In this document: one piece after another, positions 31,992 to 43,969 of the stretch
Position numbering within the stretch: the first letter of the stretch is position 1
Layout of the letters: each line of letters opens with the position of its first letter
DNA from: Calditrichia bacterium
GTDB taxonomy: Bacteria > Calditrichota > Calditrichia > JAJRVZ01
Reading direction: 5' to 3'
Assembly: GCA_963796965.1 (NCBI GenBank)
Contig: CAWCNS010000007.1
Location: forward strand, 640,001 to 704,000
DNA: 64,000 nt
The notes under the pieces: model-generated
Seen by the model: only the letters and a program-made list of their open reading frames with translations
Told to the model about the DNA's origin: nothing
Database searches by the model: none
Made by a program: the position numbers and the translations under genes

Positions 31992-32961
31992 ATGATGACT
32001 TCTAAGCAACGGTTTCATGAAACAATGGCCTATGGCAATCCGGATCGGGTACCTTATTTTGAAGAAGGTATTCGGGATGATGTATTGCAAGAATGGTACA
32101 AACAAGGCCTGGATCCGAATCTCAAATTATCTCAAGTGTTTCCAACCGATCATCTGGAAGAAATTGCCCCTGAAATGGATCCCAAGCCTGAATTCTGGCC
32201 CGAAAATGGTACAGACTTAAAAACTTACCATAAAAGACTCAATACAGATGATCCGAAACGGTTTCCGGATAATTGGAATAAAACAATAAAAACCGCAACG
32301 CAATCTGACCAGGTGACTGTTTTAAGAGTGCACCGTGGTTTTTTTCTAACTATGGGTGTATACAAATGGGAGCGTTTCGATAAGGTATTAACATTACTTT
32401 ATGAAAATCCGGTATTTGTAACAGAATACATGGCCGTTCATGGCGACTTTGCCTTGGGGATGATACAAAAAGTACTGGATGAAGTAGATCTGGATGCTGC
32501 AATTTTCAGTGAACCAATTGGAAATAATGAGGGCCCTCTCATTTCACCCCAGATGTATGAGTCATTTGTCCTCGAAAATTATCTGCCACTTACTAGATAC
32601 ACTTAAGTCCAGGGGAATTAAGACAATCATATTCAGGACCTATGCAAATACCAGAATCTATCTTCCTTCTATTTTAAAATATGGTATTAATTGTTTATGG
32701 GCGTGCGAAACAAATGCTGAGGCCATGGATTATAGAAACCTCAGGAAAGAATTTGGTCGTGATTTACGGTTAATTGGCGGTCTTGATTTGGATGTTTTAC
32801 ATTATGGGAAAGATGCAATTCGCAGAGAACTTCTGGAAAAAGTACCACCTTTGATTGCTGATGGGGGTTATATCCCATTAGCAGATGGCCGGGTTCGAAA
32901 AGATGTACCTTTCGAAAATTATCATTTTTACAGACAATTGCTTGAGGAAGTTACATCTTGA
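31992..32961 (+). CDS. Uroporphyrinogen decarboxylase-like (MtaA/CmuA-type) protein, frameshift near 32595
   Basis: MTSKQRF...PDRVP, GPLISPQMYESFV, LRKEFGRDLRLIGGLD, GGYIP..D..V..DVPFENY. Confidence 0.85.
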
Positions 32962-32994
32962 TATTTTTATATAATTATTATGTGAATTGGGCCT

Positions 32995-33026
32995 TAGTAG
33001 TGGTCGCTCGCGAGTGACCACTACTA
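32995..33026. terminator. Near-perfect GTAG...CTAC hairpin between convergent genes (bidirectional terminator or REP)
   Basis: TAGTAGTGGTCGCTCGCGAGTGACCACTACTA; related sequence at 2427-2454. Confidence 0.6.
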
Positions 33027-33042
33027 GGGATACCAGTGACAC

Positions 33043-35545
33043 CTAATTTTTATTTACCAAATATTTTTTCCCCTTTTCGGTAGTAAAAACAATGCATTCA
33101 CTATTTGATCTATCGATAATATGAGGTATTATATTTGCCGTTGTTTTATCAGACACACCAACCTCTTGTCCCCTCCAGGGATTCATAATTTTACATTCCA
33201 CGGTGCGACGTGCTGTAATTTCAAGATAGGTAACACTACCATTTACTACATTCTGACGTAACTTCAAATCCTCCACGGGCTTGAAGTGCTTTAAAACCGA
33301 CAGTAGCACTATCTGGAATACCAGGAAATAAGTGAATGCGCCCACTTCGTGAATTTATCAGGTTCTCAACTTCTATGCCTTTTTTATCACCAAGCAACAC
33401 AAAGACATAATGATTTCGCCAGCCTTTTGTCATTCGGGCTGTATGCAACATCATTTCAATCTTTTGCGGATCTGAATCCAAATTAATCTCATCGGCAAGA
33501 ATGGTTGGTGTAACCCCGGCAAACCAATTGTATTCAACACCAAGCGGATTTACATCACGCACATCTGTAAAGATCGATCCCTCAGGTGTATCATAGGTGG
33601 GCAAAGGCGCCAGATTATCAGCAACAGCCTGCCACCCAGGAATCAATTTCTCATCTTGTTTTAATAAAGTTGCCGCTTCAATGGTTCTGTTAAGCAGCCA
33701 TCGAAACATAGACAAGGCTGATGCACTGTCACTGTTTCTTGCAAAACGAGGTGTCCAGTTCCAATGCTCTGCAGAAACAGTTGGAATAATGTGATAATAA
33801 CCATCTGAACCTTTTTCCACATAATGTGAATAGAAAATTGCCGTTTCACGCATGGCCGGATACACGACCTCAGCCAAAAATTTTTCATCCGCCCCGTAAT
33901 CAAATCGATCCCACAACGGTTTTAGTACCTGTGCATTGATCTCCATACAGAATTCCCATGTAGAATGCGTATGGGCATATTCATCTGCTTTGATCGGTGG
34001 CAAATAACCATGTTGCAAAATAGCCCCTGGCAGGTTAAAGACTTCCCGGGCGTTTTTTTTACAAGCCTTAAGCCAGAACGGAACTAGATTATTCAGCATA
34101 ACAATTTTGTCAGCCCTGTTTGCCGCATGTAAATGGGTGTAATAAACTTCATTGTAACAGGGTAATCCATGCCAGGGTGCCCAATCCTGCTCCAGATACC
34201 CATAGACGGCATCAGCTTGAAATTTTGCCGGGTTAGGAAGACAATATTCGCTATACGGGCAAGTCCATGAGGAAAATATTTCTGGCAATTTCTTCCTGGT
34301 AGAATCTACACTTCCCTGGAATATCCGCCCTTTCTCCCGTTTATTATAAAAATTTCTGAACCAATCTGAATTTTCCTGAACAAGACTATTATATCCTTCG
34401 GAAGATGCTTTTTTTAACTTTTTTATCGCTTCAGGTAGTGGATTCTTATATTCGGCGCTTGTTACAATTGTAAAAAATGCTTCAAAATCCTGCTCATCGC
34501 TCTGTTCCAGAATAGCCGTTGCCGCTGAACCTAGTGCCTCACGAAGTTTTTTATAGGATGGAAAAAGATGACGCCAACGATAACCTTCATCAAACTGCTT
34601 TTGTTTTTCCGGGGTTAGAAAAGGCGGTGTACCGAGATATTTTACTCCATTAATAGTCTCAAGATGATATTTAGCACCCCGGATACAACCGACCAGAACA
34701 TACTCAAACCCCTCGGGAAGTGTTTTTTCAGCAGGAAGTTTTTGCCGAATCCAGAAATAATCACCTTCGACACCACTTTCCGGTGGCAGGGGCGGCGCAA
34801 CGGCCCCATCTTTTTTAAAATCATAATCTTTAAGGGCCTTGGCTTCTGGGCCACCGTACGCGCTTATCGACTTGCCATATTCACCTGTATCCTGATGGCG
34901 ATACAATCTCAGCATTATCGATTTTTTGAGGTTTTCCCCCCTTCCCTTAACCGCTATAATATTTCGGGTCATCATCGCTAAATAGTCAAGATTTATCTTT
35001 GATGCCTCGTTCTGAATCGTCAAACCTACCGATCCATCATCTAACTGTCTGGTAGCAGTTGGTTCCCCCATGCCAGAGAAATCAGGGATCATAAGTATTA
35101 TTTGCCCGACAGGTTTAGGACATGGGAAATCGTAGGCATTCCAACTACGGTAATGGTTCCAGCGGTCCTTATCAGGAAATGAATCCTTTTCATATCGTCG
35201 CTTTATTTCAGCCAGTGTGCGGGGTTCTTCGAAAATTTTTCTCCGATCCCAAACATCCGTTTTATTCACACTTATAGTTAGCTGTTCCGGTGGACCCCAA
35301 AGTGACATCTTTAGTTCTTTGGTGCTTACATTTAGAGCAGTACCACCATTCCACATCCCCTCCGGTTGTGGATCAGCTTTAGGAATTTGATGCGTAACAG
35401 TTGTTGTTTGAGCAATTTCCCATAATGTGGGTTCTTTGTCCCACAAATGTTGAGCAGATTGATCTTTTTGGTTGCAAGAGGTTAGAATTAAAGAAATGAG
35501 ATAAGCAAAAAATATTATGATAAGCTTATAGAGTGTATTCATCAC
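33043..35545 (-). CDS. GH95-like glycoside hydrolase lipoprotein, frameshift near 33240
   Basis: Lipobox LTSC; NKTDVWDRR; WDRFDY..D.KFL...YP.MRETAIFY; PTVSAEH; IHLFP, LQARGGFEV, NPW C-terminus. Confidence 0.7.
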
Positions 35546-35583
35546 AATTTCCTTATTTTATGCTCGGAGAGTAAATAAGGGGC

Positions 35584-35655
35584 GCATCATTCAGAAGGAA
35601 TCTTCCTACCGGGAGGTCTTGAATTTGCATGGAGGAAGATCTCTTCGAGATGACA
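35584..35655. repeat. Inverted copy of the TGTCATC..GATC / GATTCCTTCTGAATGA element
   Basis: Reverse complement TGTCATCTCGAAGAGATCTTCC...AAGATTCCTTCTGAATGA matches 4746-4816. Confidence 0.75.
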
Positions 35656-35734
35656 TAATATTGAGATAGCTATTTCCTGTAATATTAAGGATACTGAAGT
35701 TTCACTTCATCTTTAGTCTTCAAGGAAGCCAGAT

Positions 35735-36579
35735 TTATATTCCAAACTTCTTTTGCTGCTCACGAATAAATTCCACACCATCCCGAAGCAGCACATCACC
35801 ACTTGGGGCGAGTTGTCGCCACACCCAGGTGCTCATATTGTCCGTACAATCGACAAAACTTTCCAATGCTGCATATCCCTGATAATTAATTTCGGCAAGG
35901 GCTTTGAATATACCATCCCAATCGACCAGACCCGTACCAGGTATCCCCCGGTCGTTTTCACAAAGATGATAATGATTCAATCGGTCACCAGCCAACTTGG
36001 TTGCTTCATAAAAACTCTTCTCTTCGATATTCATATGATAGGTATCAAGATGGACCATCACGTTATCTTCGCCAATCATATCAATAAGGTGCATCGCCTG
36101 TTCGGCTGTGTTTATCAGGCATGTTTCGTATCTATTTACGGGCTCAAGGCCAATTTTCACATTCAAGCCTTTTGCAAATTGGGCAACATTTCTTAATCCA
36201 TCAGCAGAGTATTGCCAGAGGTCCTTTCCGGGCATTGTGGGAAGAGATTTAACATGCTGAGAATAAATCACACCTGAGAAACTCCTGGCTCCGATATCGC
36301 TGCTGGCCTGCACGCAATCTTTAAGATATTTAATACCGTTGGCTCTTATTTGCGAATCCTCACTTGTAATATCCGTACCGTCCAACAGAACGGTTGAAGT
36401 AACAGCTTCTAATCCAACTGAATCAAGACGATTTTTTATGGCTCCTGCATCAAAAGTCTCCAGAACCATCAGGGGGATCTCAATAAAATCGAGCCCTAGC
36501 TTTTTACCCGGTCGATCAAATCAAGTTCATCATTTGTCCATTGCGAACACCAGGCATATGCGTGAATACCTAATTTCAT
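35735..36579 (-). CDS. Sugar phosphate isomerase/epimerase (D-psicose/D-tagatose 3-epimerase-like), frameshift in an A-run near 36503
   Basis: ATG 36579 with AGGAG RBS gives MKLGIHAYAW...DRVK; then EPVNRYE, HLDTYHMNIEE, HLCENDRGIPGTG, ESF, WR. Confidence 0.9.
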
Positions 36580-36639
36580 CTTTTTCTCCTATTCTGAAAT
36601 ATATTTCAATTTTTAATCCTTTACTATGCTTTATGATTT

Positions 36640-36684
36640 AGCAAAATCTATTCCTCCCTTTTTTAAGGGGGAATAGATTTTGCT
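36640..36684. terminator. Long hairpin between co-oriented genes
   Basis: AGCAAAATCTATTCC...GGAATAGATTTTGCT 15-bp stem. Confidence 0.55.
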
Positions 36685-36704
36685 TATACAATAATAAAAG
36701 GGTT

Positions 36705-38865
36705 TTATTGGACCTCTTTAATCATTCTCTCTAACTCATCAATCTCATCAAACACCCGGTTTTGTAACCAATCCCAGGCCCCAACCATGGTGAGATATAA
36801 GTAACCCTCAACATAATTGGTTGGAAAAGTCATGCCTTCCATCTCAAAATAATCTGAAATATTAGGTTTCTCCAGAGCAAGTGTGATGATTCGTTTGTCA
36901 GCCTCGAGGACCATTTTTAATTTATTTCGCATCCTGCCGCTTTCACCTTTGTGCTGATGGGCGAAAGCTTCCCCCAACATCTGTCGGGATGTAAAAAATT
37001 CTGCGAAGATTTCTGTCTGAATCAAAATATCATCAAAGGCAACAAGCGCGCGGGGATTTACTTTATCCCGAGCATGCTCGAGAATGAATAAGGCCTGTGT
37101 TAACATTTGCGCATGTTTTTCGATACGTTTAATATTTTGTAGTAATTCCTCCGGTTTTGCACTTCTAACACTATCAAGACCGTGCATCCAGGTGATATGC
37201 AAATAATCTTTATAAATAGCGATCCCATCAAAGTCCACACAATATTCTTCCCAGGCCTGTTGCGTTAATTCGAGTGATTTATAAATATCTTCCTGGGCAT
37301 CTCCATAGGTCACCCTGAGATAATTCCCAATAAAATCATCAATATTAACATTTAACGGTGCCCAATTTAATTTTGCTGCTGCTAAATAATTGGTCTCCGT
37401 AATCCAACCTGTATCCTCTTCGCCCATGGCAACACTAAATCCGCTCAAATTGGGCACTTTCTCTTTATTTTTTACATATTTCATCACCCCATCACGATAG
37501 GGGCGGTACTGAATTGATCCAAAAGGCTGCACCTCTTCGCCTGGCAAGGCCGCACTGATAAGAAATGGATGGCCAGTTTTCTTGATACTCTCAAAGGGAA
37601 TATTGGGGTCTGCTGTGGGTTCCCAATCTCTGCCCCACTTGGCTTGAAGAATTACCTGTTTTGGAAGCCGATCCCAATATTCTTGTGTTCCATGCATAAA
37701 CAAACGCCCACTAAGCAGGATCTCTATATCTGGCCGTTCATCCAAAAGCTGCTTCGATAATTTCAATGGTTAGTTTCCTTTGAAGCTCTCCCTGCCGTCC
37801 ATTACAGTTATCACATTGACAGGGGAAAGACTCTCCCCACCAGCGGATGTGAACTCCTCCCAGGGATGGATAGGTACGCAGGATTGCCCTGATCTGTGCC
37901 GTAAATACATTTTTCAATCTATCATCAGCATGACAAAAAGAGATGGCCCCGGTGTGGTGTCTATCTTCACTATCTAACTCACCAATAAGATCGGGTCGGT
38001 TTTTTTGAATTGTTGGCGTAGCAGAACCGGTTAAATAATTCATTAAAAAGGGCTTAATCCCTCGGCTTTTAGCATATTTGAACATTTCTTCCCTGACCTG
38101 CGCAGCCTGTAAGATCTCTTTCTCTGGATATTTGCTCATTCCTTTCGTAGCGTCATCAAGTGCTAAATCCCACCAATTCGTACCTGCACTGTACGGCCAG
38201 TTAGAGACCCTGTTAATACGGTGACGGGATCCCCAATCGCACCACTTCTTCCATGTATCGATTGCATCGGTAAATCCCCCGTCAACACCGCTGTAAAAGT
38301 TATACTTTTCAAGGATGAGCTCAGAATCGATTAGATCAGAAACCCCCATGGCATAGTTGTTTAGGAGAAACAGACGAATGGGATAAAAAGGTGTACTTTC
38401 AAATTTATCTTCCGGTAGGTTTTGCAGAAATTCACGCGAATGCCCTGCATACACAGGAAAATCGATATCAGCATGATAGGGATCCTGAATTCCGCTGGTT
38501 GTTTTTGCAATCACCCACTCAATCAGACTGATGCCGCCATAGAGCAATCCTCTCTCAGTGGCTGATCTGATCATAACGCCCGATGGACCTATCGTTACCC
38601 TATATCCTTCTTCTCCCAGGGAGCCATCCAACTTAGACTCAAGGATGAGTTTAATTGTTATGTCTCCGGGAAAATTAGCACCGGCTAATTTCATCATTTT
38701 GGTTTGAACAAGATTAACCGTATAGCTAGTCAGAGGCGAAGACGGATGATCATACTGAACTTTAATACTTGCCTGGGCTTCTGCAATTACGATAACAGAG
38801 AAGACTATACTTACGTATACAATACTCCTAAAAGGAAACCGATATATCCAATTGATTGCTTTCAT
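36705..38865 (-). CDS. Secreted hypothetical GH-like protein (GH20-domain-2-like N-terminus plus barrel), frameshift near 37750
   Basis: LGEEGYRV...ATERGLLYG, PFYPIR, YAKSRGI, CHAD, GESFPCQCDNC. Confidence 0.55.
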
Positions 38866-38924
38866 AAAATCCTCACTTCATATCAAAAAAATAAATAAAT
38901 TAATATTGGGACATGTTTTTTATA

Positions 38925-39058
38925 TCACGAAGATTCACAAAGAAGACACGAAGTGTTACGAAGATATCTTCTTTACAATGTTTTTCTATTTATAATCGAA
39001 AAATATTATACATAGATTTTTTTAGTATAATTTTAAAAACTTCTTGGAACTTCGTGAT
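38925..39058. repeat. Inverted pair of CACGAAG/CACAAAG-periodic arms
   Basis: TCACGAAGATTCACAAAGAAGACACGAAG / CTTCTTGGAACTTCGTGA. Related arms at 41774-41968, 48292-48330, 55420-55458 and 58038-58078. Confidence 0.75.
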
Positions 39059-39062
39059 TACT

Positions 39063-39998
39063 TTATTTGGTATGGTCGGAGATCCCCAATGCCTGTTTGG
39101 GATTATCATAGAGCATCATTTTAATATTTTCGTCAGAGATATTTAGGCGTTCCTGCAAAATTTTTCTACTTTTTTGCATTGTAATCAGCTGAACCCGCAA
39201 AGTTCAGATCACCGGCCCTTCTAACGACCCCCTCACTTCCCACTTCTATTTCAAGTTCACCTATGGTATACTTACCCGGTGCCGCTGAGGCAGCTGCGAT
39301 GGCATCTGTCACAATAATGCTCTTTTCATACCCAACCAGATCTAAATAATTCCTCAAAGTAAAGTCCGGAATGTGCCAACCATCGGCAATAAATGTTTTC
39401 CAAATTCTATCTTTTAACGACAGGACCCTTTGGATGATATTATCATGCCGGTCCATATTAACAGGACAGCCATTACCCAAATGTGTATACATAGACAGAC
39501 CGTTATCTAATGCCGCATTCAAGACATCCAAACTGGCATTGGTGTGACCAGCAGAGACCACGATTCCATCGTTTGCCAACATTTTCGTTACCTGAAATCC
39601 ATCATCTCTCTCAGGTGCCAGGGTAACGATCTGCGTTAGACCGCCAGCCGCATCCAGTAATTTTTTCATCCAGTCACTATCACAATTAAGTATCCATTTA
39701 GGGTTATGAGCTCCGCGATATCCTTCCTCATTGCTTAAAAATGGACCTTCGATATGAATACCGTAGATAATTTCACTAATGAGCATATTCTCTTCACGTA
39801 ATTGTACGACGCGATTTAATCGTTTAATCATCTGGTTAATATCAGCCGTTATAATTGTGGCCAGCACCCCTTCTACCCCGTCCTCCTTTAACTTTTTACA
39901 GGCAAAGTATAGACCGGATTCACTTAAGTCATCCCGATTAAAATCCACACCAGCGTATCCATTCAATTGTAAATCAAAATATCTATATTAACATTCAT
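39063..39998 (-). CDS. nagA: N-acetylglucosamine-6-phosphate deacetylase, frameshifts near both ends
   Basis: FDLQLNGYAG, GIHIEGPF, GAH, TLAPE, GHT, THLGNG, IADGWH, VTDA; tail YDNPKQALG in another frame. Confidence 0.88.
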
Positions 39999-40018
39999 TC
40001 TACCTTAAAGTTTTACGT

Positions 40019-41698
40019 TTATAGTTGAACCACAATCCAGGCAATGAGCATGAGCAAACCCACAAAGCCACAGGCATAAATAAATCCACGCCAATCTTCT
40101 CGATATCTAAAAGAAAAGTTTTGCCAACGTTCTTTTGTAAACCAGCCTGGGAGATCTAACAGGACGAGTTCCTGACCAAATTCGCCAGCCAATGGTTTTT
40201 TACCGTCTTTTTCTGATATTTCTGCATCGGAGAGCCTTTGCATTTTATCAAAATATTCTTCAACCCTGTCACTTGATTCTGGTTTTGTGAGCAAACTTAC
40301 CAAAACAAAAACAGCAAACCCTGCTAACATGGCCCAACCAAAAATATCGGGTTTCCATTTATAAACGATTTCCCAGGTCCCTATATCAAGAAAATTAAGG
40401 TAGTAATACAGCCCAAATGAAACAATTATGCTAGTGAGTGCCCCATAGCGATTGGCCCGTTTCCACAAATTCCCACCAAAAACCATAATACCCATAAATG
40501 CAGCAATCGTTTCGATAAATAAAAAAGCGTGTAAGACATTATCAATATAGAGCGCAAACAAGACTCCCAGACCTGTAAGTCCTACGCCCGAATATCTGCC
40601 CATCCAAAGCGTTTGTTTGTCCGTGGCCTCCGGTTTTATATATTCTTTGTAAAAGTTTTGTGTAAATAAAGCACCCGTATTGACCATAAAATTCGAAGCC
40701 GATGACATGTTGGCAGCCAGAACAGAAGCAACCATCAATCCGGTTAATCCAGGCAACAACAATTCACGGCTTGCATAGCCAAAAGCCAATTCCGGATCCG
40801 CCAGGGTTTGGCCACTTTGAATAATCAGAGCCGCTACGATCAAACCAGTGAGCGCCCATCCAATGGTTACAAACCGTTTAACCAGAGAACCATAAGTTTG
40901 CCCAATTCGTCCGGCTCGCTCTGTCTCTCCGGTCGCACACATAGAAACCATGTGTGGCTGTGCAGTGATACCAATGACACCATTTATAGCGAGCATAAAG
41001 ATGGTAAATCCTCCAATCCCCAACTCACTGCTAAACAGAGTAAAAAAATTATCCGGTAAAGATTCCCGCATTCCAGAAAAACCACCAACAGCGCTTAATC
41101 CCGATGGGATAAGCATGAACGAAAGGACAATGATCATGATAGCCTGAATAAAATTGGCATAAGCAGAAGCGACCATCCCACCAAAGAAGCTGTACAAAAT
41201 AAAGGCTGCCGTCATGGCAATAACCACGCCATCGACAGAGATCATATCACCGGTAGCGATAGCAATCACTTTAGCACCCCCTTTTATCATCGTCCCCTGA
41301 GCAAACACAAAAAACAGGATGGCAAAGATTGAATAAAAAGCACCCATTCCTCTACCGTAGCGATCTTCGACTATTTCTCCAACCGTTGTTCGTTCACTGC
41401 GCCGGTACCATGGCGCAATGAGCCAATAGAAGGGTGTAATCAACATATTCTTCCATTGATACCAAATGGCAGCAAACCCAAGATGATAACTGGCGCCCGT
41501 CTGGGCAACAAAGTTCTCGGCATGGGTCCCGGTACCAAAAGCCTGCCCCATCATAATCCACCAGCCGAACTTCCGCTCTCCCCGGAAATAGCCATCACTA
41601 CTTTTTATTTTGCGGGTTAACCATAGACCATATCCGGTAATCAATACAAAATATAGAACAATTACAATTGTGTCTAACCAATGGATTCCTTCACTCAT
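40019..41698 (-). CDS. Sodium:solute symporter family transporter (start 41698; the longer ORF runs into a repeat)
   Basis: AGGAG RBS before MSEGIHWLD; GYFRGER, EDRYG, YSFFGG, GLMVASVLAANMS, LWKRAN; many TM helices. Confidence 0.9.
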   Translation of the reverse strand: MSEGIHWLDTIVIVLYFVLITGYGLWLTRKIKSSDGYFRGERKFGWWIMMGQAFGTGTHAENFVAQTGASYHLGFAAIWYQWKNMLITPFYWLIAPWYRRSERTTVGEIVEDRYGRGMGAFYSIFAILFFVFAQGTMIKGGAKVIAIATGDMISVDGVVIAMTAAFILYSFFGGMVASAYANFIQAIMIIVLSFMLIPSGLSAVGGFSGMRESLPDNFFTLFSSELGIGGFTIFMLAINGVIGITAQPHMVSMCATGETERAGRIGQTYGSLVKRFVTIGWALTGLIVAALIIQSGQTLADPELAFGYASRELLLPGLTGLMVASVLAANMSSASNFMVNTGALFTQNFYKEYIKPEATDKQTLWMGRYSGVGLTGLGVLFALYIDNVLHAFLFIETIAAFMGIMVFGGNLWKRANRYGALTSIIVSFGLYYYLNFLDIGTWEIVYKWKPDIFGWAMLAGFAVFVLVSLLTKPESSDRVEEYFDKMQRLSDAEISEKDGKKPLAGEFGQELVLLDLPGWFTKERWQNFSFRYREDWRGFIYACGFVGLLMLIAWIVVQL

Positions 41699-41773
41699 TA
41701 TTGCTCCTGCTTTTTCTAATGTAGTGTCAATCCCGGGTATTCGGGACCATTGAATATTGTTTATCTGATTTTT

Positions 41774-42050
41774 AACCACAAAGAGCACCAAGAAGGCACA
41801 AAGTACACCAAGATAAATATCTTAATAAGAACTTTGTGATCTTCGTGCCTATGAAATCTTGTCCCAAAGGGATTCCTTCGGAAGAGGATTTCATCCCGAT
41901 ATGTCTATGTGATGAAAACAAATCGGGGCTTAGTGAACTTTTGCCTTAGGCATCCCTATGGGAGTGGTAAATCTTTTATCTTTTTTCAAATCTGAAGAGA
42001 TCCCGTAAAACGGGGCAGGCCCTGAGGGCCTATTTGGATCTCTGCGTTTA
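41774..42050. repeat. CACAAAG-periodic inverted pair with multiple nested hairpin inserts
   Basis: AACCACAAAGAGCACCAAGAAGGCACAAAG left arm; right arm CTTTGTG...CTTAGTGAACTTT...GTGGT interrupted by four hairpins; GCCTG-type hairpin at 42002-42020. Confidence 0.8.
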
Positions 42051-42062
42051 AAAATAGTCCTA

Positions 42063-43442
42063 CTATTTAATCTCAGCAATTTTTTTATCACATAACTCAC
42101 GTAGAATCTTTAGTTGCTTCAAGTACTTCACATCAAAAGCTAAATTTGAAGATTCGAGAGGGTCATCTCTCAAGTTGTATAACTCTTCATATTCAGGATG
42201 CTGCTGATAGCGAATGTATTTCCACTCCTTCGTCCGCACAGATTCTGTCTGCGGAATATCACCTCGATCCCACAAATGTTCGGTAAGAATTTCTGTTCTC
42301 CAATCGATGACATCATTATCTATTAAAGGTCGAACTGATCTGCCCTGATAGGATTGGGGTATATCGATGCCAGCCAAATCTAAAATCGTTGGTGCCAAAT
42401 CTATATTGAGTACAAATTCGTTTATTGTCTTTGCATTTTTCTGATTCCTTGGATCATAAAGAATGAACGGTACCCTGATACTTGTATCATGCATGGTCCA
42501 TTTTCCAGCAAAACCTCTTTCGCCAAGGAAATAGCCATTATCTCCCATAAGAATAATAATCGTATTTTGATCCAAATTGTTTTTTTCCAATGCTTTCATC
42601 AATTTCCCCAAGGCCAAATCGATACCAGTAATCATACGATAATAGCCCTTTACCATCTTTTGATATTTTTCCGGAGTGTCAAATCGCCAATACCAGCGAA
42701 TTCGATTTAAGGACTTTTTAACAAATTCCGGTAACGATTGAAAAAAGTTCGGGGAAGAGAGGTCCGCTTGAGGGATTGTCATGTTTTTATACAATTCATC
42801 ACAGGACTCTGGCCAAAAATATTGTTGTTCTTCACTATCATGGGCATGCGGTGCATGTGTGGAGATTGAAAGGCAAAAGGGTTGTTCCCGATTATTACCT
42901 TGGATGAAATCAATCGCATGATCAAAATTGACATCCGTTAGATGACGTATTTTTCCATCATCCTCTTTGAAATAGGGCTGTTCTGTATGATGAGAAACGT
43001 CAAACCAATTGTCTTGAGTGGCGACTGAAACCTTTACACCAAACTTACCGACAAATCCGGTGCGATACCCGGCCTTCTTCAAGAGTTCCGGATAGCTTAC
43101 GTTAGCATATGATTCTTTAATTGGAGGTTGCCCAAAGGTGTATCCATGTTTACGTTCGTATAAACCTGTAAATAGACTGGCCCGACTGGCCGCACAGATG
43201 GGTGTTGTGACAAAAGCATTCGTAAAGCGGGTACCCTTCCTAGCCAATAAATCCATATTGGGCGTTTGAATAATAGAATTGCCGGCACAACGCAATGCAT
43301 CCCAACGCTGATCATCCGTTAAAAGGAAAATGATATTAGGGCGTTCATGTTTCCCGTGATTCGTCCATACTAAGCAAATACCAATTGGCAGGACTAGTAA
43401 TACCAGGAAAAGTATGATCTTTCGTTTTAATGATTTTCGCAT
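42063..43442 (-). CDS. Sulfatase (formylglycine-dependent, Cys type)
   Basis: PNIIFLLTDDQR, ICAASRASLFTG, GYRTGFVGK, APH, GDNG, GKW, ELYNLRDDPLE. Confidence 0.95.
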   Translation of the reverse strand: MRKSLKRKIILFLVLLVLPIGICLVWTNHGKHERPNIIFLLTDDQRWDALRCAGNSIIQTPNMDLLARKGTRFTNAFVTTPICAASRASLFTGLYERKHGYTFGQPPIKESYANVSYPELLKKAGYRTGFVGKFGVKVSVATQDNWFDVSHHTEQPYFKEDDGKIRHLTDVNFDHAIDFIQGNNREQPFCLSISTHAPHAHDSEEQQYFWPESCDELYKNMTIPQADLSSPNFFQSLPEFVKKSLNRIRWYWRFDTPEKYQKMVKGYYRMITGIDLALGKLMKALEKNNLDQNTIIILMGDNGYFLGERGFAGKWTMHDTSIRVPFILYDPRNQKNAKTINEFVLNIDLAPTILDLAGIDIPQSYQGRSVRPLIDNDVIDWRTEILTEHLWDRGDIPQTESVRTKEWKYIRYQQHPEYEELYNLRDDPLESSNLAFDVKYLKQLKILRELCDKKIAEIK

Positions 43443-43468
43443 AAGTCTAATCTTTTAAACTAATGTTT

Positions 43469-43920
43469 GTAACGACGCGATTAATCGCGTCGCACCACAC
43501 ACCCGCATTCTTGTCTTTTTATTATCATTGAGAATATTTGTAAAGTATCTGCCATTGTACATTCTCAGGTATAATTTTAGGACAAAATTTATTTTTCAAA
43601 CTAATCGTTTCCATTCGAGAAGAAACTTACTCTCATTCTCATTTCATTCTGATACGACGCGATTAATCGCGTCGCTACACATACCCACAATCTTAAATTT
43701 TCATTACCACTGAGGATATTTGTAAAGTCTCTGACATTGTACATTCTCAGGTATAATTTTAGGACAAAATTTATTTTTCAAACTAATCGTTTCCATTCGA
43801 GAAGAAACTTACTCTCATTCTCATTTCATTCTGATACGACGCGATTAATCGCGTCGCTACACATACCCACAATCTTAAATTTTCATTACCACTGAGGATA
43901 TTTGTAAAGTCTCTTACATT
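43469..43920. repeat. Tandem array, 182-bp period, each unit carrying a perfect 20-bp palindrome
   Basis: CGACGCGATTAATCGCGTCG at 43473, 43655 and 43837; copies 2 and 3 are followed by CTAC, copy 1 is preceded by GTAA. Confidence 0.95.
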
Positions 43921-43969
43921 ATAAAATTCTTAATTATATCTTTAATTTCCGCAGTTAATTATAAAATAT

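Noticed and set aside
43469..43920. CRISPR array
   Set aside because: Palindromes are separated by near-identical 162-bp segments; this is tandem duplication.
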